Shown here one piece after another: positions 28,401 to 40,000 of a stretch of DNA of 64,000 nt. Location: contig NMRA01000462.1 in the NCBI GenBank assembly GCA_002633005.1, positions 103,594-167,593 of the forward strand. Reading direction: 5' to 3'. The DNA is from Phoronis australis. Taxonomy: Eukaryota > Animalia > Phoronida. Each line of letters opens with the position of its first letter. Within the stretch, counting starts at the first letter, position 1. A program made the position numbers and the translations under genes. The notes below the pieces were generated by a model. The model saw nothing but the letters and a program-made list of their open reading frames with translations. It was not told the origin of the DNA and made no database searches.

Positions 28401-30656
28401 GACTATGTGAGCTGTACGATCAGAGCATGCAGAATTTTTGCTTTCAAATTTAAAAATTTATCTATCAAAACAACTGCATCTTGGTTAGCGTAAGGTATGC
28501 TAAAATAGCATTGCAGTTTAGTTCTTGCTTTACCTGCGCATAGTTAAGAGCAGCTTATTTGAAGATGTTTTAATATCTGGGACGAGATTCTACATGTTGT
28601 GATAATGGAGAGCAAACAGATCCCAATAACTTTACAACTGGTAGTAAAGTTATACTGTGGATCCAATTTTGCCAGCATTATAACCTATAGTAAAGTTACA
28701 TAGTGGATCCGAGTTACCAACTTTACATCTCTAAGACATTTAGCGACATGGTACAGTACCCAGGGTTGAAACACCTGAAGTTTTGGAGAATAAATGAATG
28801 CTTAGAGTATTAAAACGCCACCTGTTTCATACTTTCGAAATGTTAGTATATAATATTGTTAGGATACTGCATAACGTTTCACCTAAATACAGTTCCTAAT
28901 TTAGAATAACGTCTACCATACAGTGTTCTCCATAACAGAGAATGCAAACTCTACTGGAATTCCAAAACTCATGTACGTCTAAGGCTCCAAACCTAGCTTG
29001 ACGCCAAGTTGCCAGGTCACCAAATGAAATCTCAGGTTGTCAAAACAGACGTCGAAATCATGGACTAAAAAAATAAAATAAAAAAGGTTGTGCTGTATTC
29101 AATTTAGTGAAAATTACGCATATCTCTTCAATTTCTCCCCACACAAAATATGCACAATTCAATCTTTTTATATCAATTCCTGATAACCAAGGATGAGGTG
29201 TGTTTCATGGTCCGATCTTGCTCAATTTTTGCCGAACAATTCCGACTTCTGTCTGCTTACTTCCTGTTGTAATTTAACCGCGTTTGATGTGTGCGCTGAA
29301 TGCAAATGCACTGATTTCACAAAATAAACAATTGTGAACCAAAGGTATTAAATTTCGTTATTAACTTAAAAGTAGAAATTGCTGGTTTACAAATACATCA
29401 GTGTTGCCTGCATAACTTCACATGCTCTATAACCACAAACGTGGCAATCAGGACTTTTTGAGTTCTGAAAAGTACACTAAACTTAACACTGTTTAAAAAT
29501 TTGGCAACCTAACTGTAGACTGGGCTATTTTAATTTCCTGACATCAGTCACTCATCTGGCAACTAGGCTTTTGAGGTCAGGGTAACACTAACTGATAGCC
29601 AACACTGAACCAAGCAAATACAATATCAATAAAAATACGAGTCTTTGACTTAGAGTCACATGTTTTAAATGGTATAGAGTTACGCTGCACTTTATAATAG
29701 CGGATCAAGCACAATTGATCATTAAATATCTCACAGAAAATCTCTTTGGAACTGGAAATTCAAATCACAGAATATTTTTACTCATTACTGAATCTCAAGT
29801 TTTACCTTTAACCACTCATACCTTTCAGTCTGACTGCAATCCAGTCAGTGACTGTAAAATGAAACTGATAATGACAAGTTATGGGTAGTTCAATTTAATT
29901 TGGGATTAAACCTGATCTCAAGATCGGGTACTAGTATGAGCTTAGAATTATATATTCATTAAGGCAATGATTTGAAACTTATATTCAAGAAAGAATTTTT
30001 GTAATAATTGCCTTAACAATCAGCCATTTCTCCTTTACCAGTAGATGTGTCACAAAATCAGAGGAATGCGTGAATAATTCACCAGTAATTGGTAGGTGAA
30101 TAACATTGTCAACAGTTGAAAAAGTGAAAAAAGGTTAGTTAAACTTTACATTATCTTATAACAAGCGATTTGCTTTTTTTACGAGCAGTACAGAATTATC
30201 AACATGAACATTATTATTTGAGAGAACTGGTACTGGTCGGATATATAGCAGTCCCTGATTTAGAGAACCAGTTCATCCACTAAATAATGGGCCCATTATT
30301 CACATGCACACGATCTTGAGATCATGTGTAATTTCAAGTTCAACCATGAAATGCGTGGCTGATAGTGATAAAAAGATGACAGAGTGAAACTGGAGACATG
30401 TGAATTGTGAGACACACAACTGTCTTTTGTTTCAATATGGAACAGACTAATTCCATTTTATTTAAAACTACGGGTTTAGAAAAATGTGTTGTAAAGAAGT
30501 TATACAAGTTAGCAATGTCTCTCAAACATCAGTTAACAAAATTCTGTACCCATGGGAAATTATAAAAATTAGAACAGAAGTGAACATGAACGGTGAATGA
30601 ATTCTTGCACATTCGGCTTCATTACAGAAATGAGACAAACCTTCATGGCGAGACAT
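19404..30656 (-). CDS. KCMF1: E3 ubiquitin-protein ligase KCMF1 (ZZ zinc finger plus C2H2/Di19-type fingers)
   Basis: Exons in transcript order: 30656-30641 (MSRHEG), 27979-27812, 26839-26700, 26197-26096, 25616-25466, either 22743-22644 or 22557-22443, 21094-20933, 19686-19404 (TAA). The translation includes [58 protein letters not shown] and [17 protein letters not shown], matching KCMF1. Confidence 0.96.
20356..20756. mobile_element. PIF/Harbinger-like MITE with long imperfect inverted repeats
   Basis: Termini GGCCCGGTCTC...GAGACCGGGCC with a 3-bp CAG direct repeat on each side; inverted similarity extends more than 100 bp inward. Confidence 0.85.
22443..22557 (-). CDS. KCMF1: KCMF1 alternative exon 6b (115 nt)
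   Basis: Acceptor cattttttcag and donor gtaac. Encodes (E)[37 protein letters not shown](R); phase 1 in, phase 2 out. Confidence 0.85.
22644..22743 (-). CDS. KCMF1: KCMF1 alternative exon 6a (100 nt)
   Basis: Acceptor ttccctttcag and donor gtagg. Encodes (E)[32 protein letters not shown](R); phase 1 in, phase 2 out. Confidence 0.85.
23279..24695 (+). mobile_element. Non-autonomous Tc1/mariner-superfamily (pogo/Tc2-like) DNA transposon with a decayed HIRAN-like remnant
   Basis: Terminal inverted repeats (TIRs) CCGTATTCGCCGTAATAACC(A/G)CCCA flanked by TA on both sides. Homologous along its length to 61089-62567. Confidence 0.88.
25617..26095 (-). other. KCMF1: U12-type (minor spliceosome) AT-AC intron of KCMF1
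   Basis: 5' splice site ATATCCTTT, branch site TTCCTTAAT (plus-strand 25629-25637) and terminal AC. Splicing joins ...RTPRDF to DDPVSGG... in frame. Confidence 0.93.
27195..27262. repeat. Degenerate (ATT/ATC/ACT)n trinucleotide microsatellite
   Basis: Visible run atcattactattatcattactattactattgctattgccattatcattatcattattatcatt. Confidence 0.75.
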
Positions 30657-31002
30657 CCTTGGCCAAAAAATAGGCCTCCTTACAAATGGTGGTGGCTACG
30701 AAGATTCCTGTAGCACTATAGTTGACCATCAGGCAGAACTGTCAGAGATTTTTCATTATTACAAAGAAGGAAAATAATCGAACTAGCGAAAGTAAGATGA
30801 CCGACACGGGAAGTCACACTTCAGGCAGGGGGAAACGTGATAAATATTAAAAGGTCAAAAACAGACAAAATCTTACACATTATTGGTTCATTATTGAAAT
30901 TCATCTTGAAAGTGGACAAAAATGTGAAAAAATTGAAACATAGGAAAAGAAATTATTTAATTATAATATCAGCGACATCTGGTGAAGGCTTTGTAGACGA
31001 AA
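30657..31002. promoter_or_regulatory. Bidirectional promoter and 5' UTRs shared by KCMF1 and QDPR
   Basis: The divergent start codons are only 346 bp apart. There is an ETS-like CGGGAAGT near 30807 and a YY1-like AAAATGGCTGC over the QDPR ATG. Confidence 0.75.
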
Positions 31003-34000
31003 ATGGCTGCTTCCGTCGTTCCGCGCGTTTTGGTTTACGGTGGAAAAGGAGCATTGGGCTCTGTTTGTGTGTCGTATTTTAGAGCAAAAAATTGGGTTTG
31101 TGTTACTTATTCACTACATGCAGTATAGGGCAGATGAAGCGTTTAGAAGAGTTTTTTGTTGCTGTGCATAAGCCAACCGGCTCAATTGGTGTGGCGTTGT
31201 TTAATGTTGCAGGTTACAGCCGCAGGGCAATGCCAATGCCTTGGCCAATGAGGGGCAGGGAAAGACAAAGACAAGTCAAACTGATGCCTGTGCCAAACTG
31301 ATTTGGCGCACTTCAATTTGGCGTGGGGTGAGCCAAACTGATTTGGCGCACTTCAATTTGGCGTTGGCTGGTGAGACAAACCAGGGCTCGACATTGAGCT
31401 GCAGGTCGCATTTGCGACCTGAAATTTGGAAATGCGAGCTGAGATTTTGGCCAGCTCGCATTTAGTCGCAAAATGCGACCTGGAATTTCCAACGTATGCG
31501 AGCTGAGTTTTTAAACTTCGCAGTAGATACCTGGGAAATATAGAGCAACTCGGGTGATTCCGACCGTTATTTGGTTGTTGCCAAATCAAGTTCAAAAGAA
31601 CATTCATTGAGAAAAGCGCTCCAGATGACTTGTAAACATGTGGCATGAACAAGGGAATGCAGAATTGGTCTTTGACGCATTTTATTGACCAATACTTTCG
31701 GCTTTTTGCAAATCTTCGGATGTGCTGAAGAAAGTTTCGGACCTCGGAATAACACGTGATAATACGTCAGAAAGCAGCGGTGTTTCTACTAATTCCTAAT
31801 CGAGGAAATTACCAAGCTTAGTGGTGGTAAAACATCTATTTTTCATGTAAGGTGTCCTTAATATCAAATTACGGCAACACCCACGGCAATATGCCTGATG
31901 GCACTGGTCGGTTCCACTGTTAGCGCCGGAAAACAGTCCCGGCAGACGATCGTTGTGAAAAATGGTTTGGTAAACAGCATAAGTCCCACATTTTTTGTTG
32001 TGAAATTTGCAGTGAATTGTTTCCGTGTATCAATATGTCATTCAGCAAGTAGGGCAATTTTTGTTAATTAATTTCTTCCGACAGGATATTTTTTCAAACG
32101 TTAAGTTGAAAAGTTTGGCCTGCGAACAAATGAAAGGAATTCGCACTCAGCAGAGATATCAATCTTTGGATCTTTAACGACTTTGATGACAGTCATATAG
32201 CAAGTCAGTCCTAGAAAAGTCGCGGATACTTTTTCAACGTGTATTTTCTTCTTTTTCACGTTGCACACTTAGCTAATCGAATGCATGTGTCGGTTAGAGA
32301 GCACTGATTTAACTTTCTCGTCGGCAACTGCCTTGCACTTCAGGGTCTTTCACTGGATGGCGCCAGTGAAGAATGGTAATGCGGTGCATGCATGATATGC
32401 TTGTAAGAACTCAGTTTTGCGACATGAAATTTGTGAATATTTAACGTCGCAAGAGCATAATCTAGGCATTTTCTTATGACGTAAAAGCCAATTTTGGTCC
32501 GTAAAAATGGCGGGAAATTTTCGCGACCTGGAATTTATGAATGCGAGCTGAATTTTGAAAATGCGACCTAGGATTTTGGCTTGGTCGCAAAATGCGACCT
32601 GGCGATTTTCATAGCGTCGAGCCCTGCAAACTGTACAGTAGCCTTGGCGCAAAGCTGTATATACGAAGTCTTAGTATACAGCTTTGTGCTAATGTGGGTA
32701 AAGAAATGACCAGATATGATACAAAATTAGTGTCATTAAAAACTACACACTTATTTGAGTAACTTAAATTATTTTCCAGTTTTGAAAAATTGGCGTTGTT
32801 GCGTTATTCTGCTGCTAAAGTTGTGGAGCGATCTTCTGCGTTGGCTTTCGATGCCATGACTGAAATAGTGTGTCACCTATCGGCCAGTTTCTTTTGTCGC
32901 CGATTCTTCAATCAACTGTTGTTCTTTCACGAGGTTGCGTACACGTTACAATTATTGGAACTGGTTTCACTTCATTTTAAGTTTATAGAATTTTGATACC
33001 GAAAAAACAAATTTCAGAAGAAATTGAAATGGCGCATGCGCGTGTCAAAACGACGACATAACTTTTCTTTGTTAGAAAAGGCGAAGGATTACGCAAGAAA
33101 ACGACGTTTATTAGATTATTTTTCACTTAAACGGTTGTAACGGGCAAGATGAGTGTCGTTTGATTCCCAGATTTTGCATGCACCCCGTTCGACATGTTGA
33201 TACAGGTTTCCTGGTGAGTTAACGAGCAGAACGACCCTGGGTGTGTGTAATTTTGGGGTTTATATAAGAAAAACACAGTGGTACCTAGCTGTATTTTGAC
33301 GATAGTCTTCATATAGCTAGCTGGCTGGCTAGCCAAACTGATGCCCGGATAATGTGGGGACGTTGATCAACACACATGATATGGGTATCATTTCATTCCT
33401 GGCATGTTATTATCGCAAATATAGGAAAAAAATGTCTCCTACCACCTTCCTTTAGTATTTTATCATCCAATTTCTGCTCTATTTCCCAGTCAGTGATATC
33501 GCCATGTTGAATGGAAGCAATTGTCTGGCGGCCAAAAAGTGAACTAATCTAACAACACCCATATTCTTCAGAATAAGTTCAAGTGTGGTGAATCTGCAGT
33601 GTGTGCAGTAATATAAAGGCCTCTCTTAATCACTCGCCTACGGGCAATTGCTCTTTGGTCGACTGGTTAGGACGCCTGGCATTGAAGCAAGAGGTACTGG
33701 GTTCGAAACTTGGACTAGGTGATTTTTCACTACAAAACTGACCGAGAACCGCCGACCGTGGGCTCGAGCTATGGTCCCAAGGGATTGAATTCCTATGGTG
33801 ACCTAGACAGTGACCACCGTGTCTAGTTGAACTACGGATAGCTCCCATAGGAGCTTCATACGCTGAAAACTTTTCGATGAATTATGCCTCACACTGTCTA
33901 AAACATCAAAGTCACATTGTTATAAACACCTCGCCAGGGGTTATGACGTGCTGCACGCAGAGTTAAAAATGGCGAGTTTCTAATTTTGGGAACTGAATGA

Positions 34001-37000
34001 AGGACAGCTCAAAGTAAAACTTTGAAAACGGGAATATTTGTTTGAGTTGGAAGGAATTAAAGACATCGACGGCTGCCTAAGATGTCCCTCTATGCGCAAA
34101 AGGTATTTATAACAACGTGACTTTGGTGTTTTAGTCAGTGTTAGGCATAATTCGCCAGAAAGCTTCTATAGGAGCTACACTGTATGTAGTTCAAAAAAAG
34201 GTTATCACTTCATAGAATTTCGTGAAAAAGGGGTCAAATAATCGCAATTCTAAAAATTTATGGAAAAATGTGAAATGCTCCTTCTTGTTGCTCCATGTCA
34301 TCTCGGGAAAACTTTAGGAAGAATCTTGCAGGCAAACATCTTTCATAATCAATGATTAGAGGAGACAGTGTGGCCTTGTGTGATTGGTGCCCGCCTTCTT
34401 TTCTCAAGGTCGTGGGTTCAAGTCCTACTGTGCCACACTGCTATACCCATGAGTCAGGTTTCTAGCTCCTCAGCTCGGTTTTAACTATATGTTAATAAAG
34501 CACAAAAATAGTTCCAGGTGATCAGTTCAATGGGCCCACATGCACGGCCTGCGTACGTCTGGTACAACGTGTACCAGACAGCCTGCAATTTTTTGTAATC
34601 GATGATGTTTCATTTGTTAGCAACAGGTATCGCTATAATCTTGAGTTGAGCGAACATGACGGTAGAGGACACATTCATTTGTTTATGGAATGAGAACGAT
34701 GGTCAGAATTGAACAATACGAAAATCATGTATAGGTCAATGTCGTCATATTGTAAACAATGACCGATGCCTGGTAATTTGGTTTCTAGATTTTTACGGTT
34801 ATCAGAACCCAAATTTGACAATGAGTGCTCACGTATGCAGGTCATATGGGGGAAGGGTCCTGCGAAACTATTAGGCACCACACCGCTCTCATTGTCGTTG
34901 GCGCACTCATTGTCGTCAAATTCAGTTCTGATAACTTAAAAAATCACATAAACCATTTGCAGTAATTTGGGAACTTATGGTAGCTTTAGTTGTGTGCAGG
35001 CATCAGTTTGGCTCACCAAGCCGCGCAAAATTGAAGAGCGCCAAATCAGTTTGATGCAGGCATCAGTTTGGGCTGCAACAGCTTCACACTCATTTACAGT
35101 ACTAGAGTCTAGACAGTGCTGCTATGCGTTAACTAGGAATCCTGCTTAATCTCAAGATCCCGTGTGCGTGAACTTGGAATACACCATGAAATCTTAATTA
35201 CCTAAAAAAATTGATTAACCATTCATATTTTCCCATTTTTGTGACAAATTCGGATAAATGAGAAAATGGATGACCGTAAGGTCAATAATAACAAAAATTC
35301 TTTACAATGAACAAAAAATTCCCCTGATTGCCTTAATGAATATTCAATTCCAAGTTCACACATATGCAATCTTGAGATTAAACAGGATTGCAAGTTCACG
35401 CACAGCAGTGTCACCATTGCAACTAGCAGTAGAGATAGTGGCCATCCCATCGGCCCCTATGTGCAGGAAGCTTTTCGGCGAATTATGCCTCGCACAAGAT
35501 CATGTTGCTACAAATACCTTTTGCTCATAGTTGGACACCTTAGGAGGTCCTTGTTGATGTCTTTAATTTCTTCCAACTCGAGCAAATACTCCCGTATTTA
35601 AACTTTTTTCAAACAGTCCTTCGTTCAGTTAGTTTTCATACAGCTAGCTGGCTGGCTACTTGGACCCTGTACACAGGAAGATCTGTGGCAAATTACGCCT
35701 CAGGCTTGGATAAACCATTTTAGCCACGTTGCTCCTTTCAAGCATTGAGGTACTCGTAACTTTAACAAATACTCTGGCAACCACGATATATTATCAATAG
35801 GTGGGAAGATTTTGTACTAATAATGCGCTTATTTTTAATCAAATTCAACCCCATATTAATTACAAGGGAAATTCCAGGGGATCCTTTGTTCCTATAAGAT
35901 TGGCATTGGGCAGTTGTGCTGTTGCAACATGATCAAGATATAGTTGTTCTACCTCAAAAAGGTGGAGTTAGATCTATTTAAAGCGGCTATAATTTGACCC
36001 ACCTTCTATCACGAAAACATTTTAATTTAGATTACTTACTGTTATGAGTTTGGTCTCAAATTGCTCCTTTGTCAAATTGGAGCTGATTTCAAGACTAAGC
36101 AAGATCTAGCAGCTTGAGACAAGGTTTTACAGGTTGACTTATCACGACATATTATTTTGTGTGTCAGGTGTGGTCATTAGCAATAATGAACTGCCAAATT
36201 ACTTCCCATCTGAGTAAGGAACAAACTGGGACCAATTTTATAGCAGTAAGTGGTTTAAGTCAAAAGTTCAATTCTTGGACGGAACACAAGATTTGTGGAC
36301 ACTTAAAGTAATCATTGAGATCTATGCTAATGACTTGTATTCCTTTATTTTTTTCCAGTGGGTGGGATCTATTGATCTTGTGCCCAATGAGGAGGCATCA
36401 GCTAACATCCAAGTCAAGTTGAGTGACAACTGGGATGACCAAAGACAACAGGTTTGCGATGCTGTTGATAGTTGCCTGTCCAATGAGAAAGTCGACGCCA
36501 TATTTTGCGTAGCTGGTGGCTGGGCTGGCGGAAATGCCGCGTCTGCTGGTTAGTGCTTGGGCAACAGTCACTTATAGGAATTTTGCATTTTGAGGACCAG
36601 TTTGGCGACTGTTATGCAGTAGAAAAAAACTGGTTCTCGAAATGCGGGACCCTTATAAGTGATTATTACCGCTACTTGTATATGAGTTTCAATGACTAGG
36701 CCTAGGGTTTCATCTTAGAGCTCGGAACTCCATAGTATTTTTGACGTTTTCTGTTCTACTTTATTCCAAACTCCATATATGTGTATATGTTTCAGCCAAT
36801 GATTCTCTTGCTTAAGTTCACTCTTGATGACCCCTAGATACGAGTTACAAATGTAACTTGGAATTCAAAATTTAGAGTTGAAATTTGAAATTTGAATTTA
36901 TAGCTTTAATTCTGGTGTCATCATGAACTAGGGTTAGAAATTCATCGGCATAAACCATATGCTTAAGCATGAAATAGACTCTTGAGTTCATACAGAAGTA

Positions 37001-40000
37001 GAGTGGAAAATGTTTAAAGTAATTTGCAGTTGGAGTTTGGAGATTAAATCTTGAGTCGCGGTCTCTGGAAATTAGATCCCAAGTTCTTCAGTTTTTCAAA
37101 AATATGAAGTTGGTGAAATTTCAAAGACATGTGTCTGTGTTTTTTTGCGATATTTCTTTTTGTTTTTGTCACAAATCAGATGAAGCTAGGCAAACTTTAA
37201 TGAAATCTGTCAACTTCTTGAAATCTACTATTCATTGACCGTATTGATAAAAAGGTCGTGTACGAAATGACTTGTGGAACATATCGCTTTCTTGTTGCCA
37301 ACTAGCTTGAAATGGTGTCTTGTCCAAATTATGTGCACACTCAGGTATTGATAATGTCAGATAAATCAGTCAAAGGCTTACTTGCCCTGTTCAACAGCTG
37401 GACAAAATCGTGCAAGGAACCAGTCAATCCGTTAAGAGTCACGTTTGGCATACACAGATTAATTCTTGTCTGTTTAGTAAGAACTGTATTTGGCAATTCA
37501 ATGCTTAGTTATTCTGTTTCTATTCATTACATACGATTGCTTTTTGACAAACAAGAAGGTTTCACAAGCACTTTGAAATTGAACTGGACAGAGTGTAACA
37601 GTTGTTCAATGTATTAATGTATTTTAAGCCTGCTCAACTGGTAACACAAGTCTAAGACAGCACACACAGGTCACATCTATCTTACAATAACGGATTATCT
37701 TGGGGACACAATGTATATGTGCTCTTATGGTGACTTCCGTTGTAATTGTAAGATAATGTCATCGCAGCTGATACTGTTCCGTCGACTCCTGGTGGCAAAA
37801 CCTGTGGGCGGCGCCACCTGGGATTTCTGTTTGGACCTATTGACCTTTGTGTGATGTTTGTGATAGGCCAGAAATTGGATGCAGAATCCGACGTACTGTT
37901 CTGTCAGGATAGTTGTTATGGAGCTGTCCATAACAAACGTGTGCACATAGCGAGTGTTGTCCGTCTGCTCACTATGAATGTGTTTGTCGTTAGTTACGAA
38001 TGCAAAAACACAGGTCTCTGGATTGGATGTGGTGTAGAGCACACTGATCCACGGGTAAATGCGACTTGTGTTCTTTTTGCTGCCGCTCGTCTCCGTCACA
38101 GTCAGTGCGATTGTGTTGACGCTAATGCGTACGGGACGCAGCCCAAGGTCCTCACGTTTGCTACGCTTCACCCTCTTGAACTTTTCGCACAAATACCGTG
38201 AGATTGTTATATTGGGTGGTATGGTGGTGATTCCAATGGACCACGCCTTCACATAGATCTGCATAAGGCCCCTCTTCCGCACTGTGTTTTTCTGAAATGT
38301 TTTTCGCTCGACCTGTTTGTTGGCAGCCATTATCTGAAAGAACCTGTCGATGATGTGTGCGATATGGTCGGTCAAGTGCTCATGTTTTCCGATGGTCTTT
38401 ATCCATGACACGGTGAATTCGACACTGTCGTCTACCACATCTTTCTTCCTGCTGTCACTTCTCAACATACCATTTTTTGGTTGAGCATTGGATTCAGCTC
38501 GAGTATTTTTTCCTCTTCTCAACATTTGTATTGTCCTGTCTATGCTTTGCTGAGTCCTTCCGGGTTTTGGAAGTGTTGTGTCTTTATGGTGTTCCGAAAT
38601 TTTGGGTAGGACAACTCTTGGGCCATTTCCAAAGGTATTTGTTGTCATGGTGATGTGCATACACTTTTATCTAACTACCCTCTTAATCACTGACCCCCAT
38701 GTTGTTTCTACGAATCATTACACCTCATTCTGATGTCACAGACAGAAATCCTACAATGGCCTACTAGGTTTAAAATATAATATAAGGTGCTGCTATTACA
38801 TATTGGCAAAGATCATCAGATGCATTCATGGAAAAAGAGTTTGTATAGATTTCCTGCATTCTAGACAGTGTGACCAATGTTGTTAATACCATTCATTTCC
38901 GGATTAGTTTAGCTATTCACTAACAGATACCTAGTGTGCCCTGGGAGCAATTATTTGTTCTGCCTCACAAAATGGAAAAGCTAGCTCCACACTGCCAAAG
39001 TGTTGGAGAACTACTTTGACAAAAAGCCTTACCTTCGCTATGGTTAATTCTACTAATAGCGAAAATGACAGATCATGTCTTTTCGTGACTCGTCCTTCCA
39101 GCAGAATCCTAGAATAGCTTTTCCACCTCGTTAACTTTGCAGTAAATTTCCCGTTATTCCAGGCGTGACTGATGATGAAGTCAACAGCTGCTGTAACGGA
39201 ACTGTGCCGAGTCATTTGTTTGTTATTCTCTGGTGCGCATTGGAGTTGCTGTGAAAACTGTAAAAGTCACAGCTGTCCAGCTGATATTGCAGAAGATAAA
39301 GTGGACTTAATTGAGATATCCAATAATTGTCTTATAGAGAATGGAAACAGCCCATAGATGTCTCTGAAGAGACCTAGAGAATGGGAACAGTTGTAGCATA
39401 TCTTGTTTTACTTCTATCTTTGATGGACTTTATAACTGAGTTTTCTTGCTTGTAATTCGCTAAGTGTTTTAAATGTATATCGTTTGACCTGATTTTTCAA
39501 TTTTCTGTGTTGTAGAGTTGGTCAAGAATGCCGACTTGATGTGGAAGCAAAGTGTCTGGACGTCGGTCATTGCAGCTAGTTTGGCTAGTAAACACCTGAA
39601 GGAAGGGGGTTTGCTGACACTGACCGGGGCCCAGCCAGCCTTGACTGGTACACCAGGTGAGGATGGGAGTTGTGAGGATAGTGACGGTGTTAACACAGTG
39701 GTGATTGTGCGGCCCTAATGTTCAGGCCTTTCAATTTTGCTCTTTGAAGATGATTCCCCCTTTTTTAGTTTCGATTTCCTCTTATTTGGTTTCCAGTTTC
39801 CTGTTTTCTCATTTTTTATCATTATTTTGACTTCGTTCATGCAAAAATGTTTATTTCAGTTAAATTTTAGTACACCAAAAATATTTCTATCACACTAGCC
39901 TGTTTATTTGTGAAACAATGCATCTCCTGGAAAATTTTCCTCTTTTGTGTCATTGGTGATTCCAAGCCCTGAATGTTACAATTGCAGCATTGAGATGATG

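Larger units (their letters stand above)
31277..35075. mobile_element. Inverted-repeat pair (~100 bp each) bounding a composite, nested DNA-transposon region in QDPR intron 1
   Basis: CAAACTGATGCCTG..CAAACTGATTTGGCGC.CTTCAATTT..GGTGAGCCAAACTGA at 31277-31381 recurs inverted at ~34995-35075. Confidence 0.65.

Noticed and set aside
33648-33725. Functional tRNA gene
   Set aside because: A and B boxes are present but acceptor and anticodon stems do not pair convincingly; treated as a SINE head.
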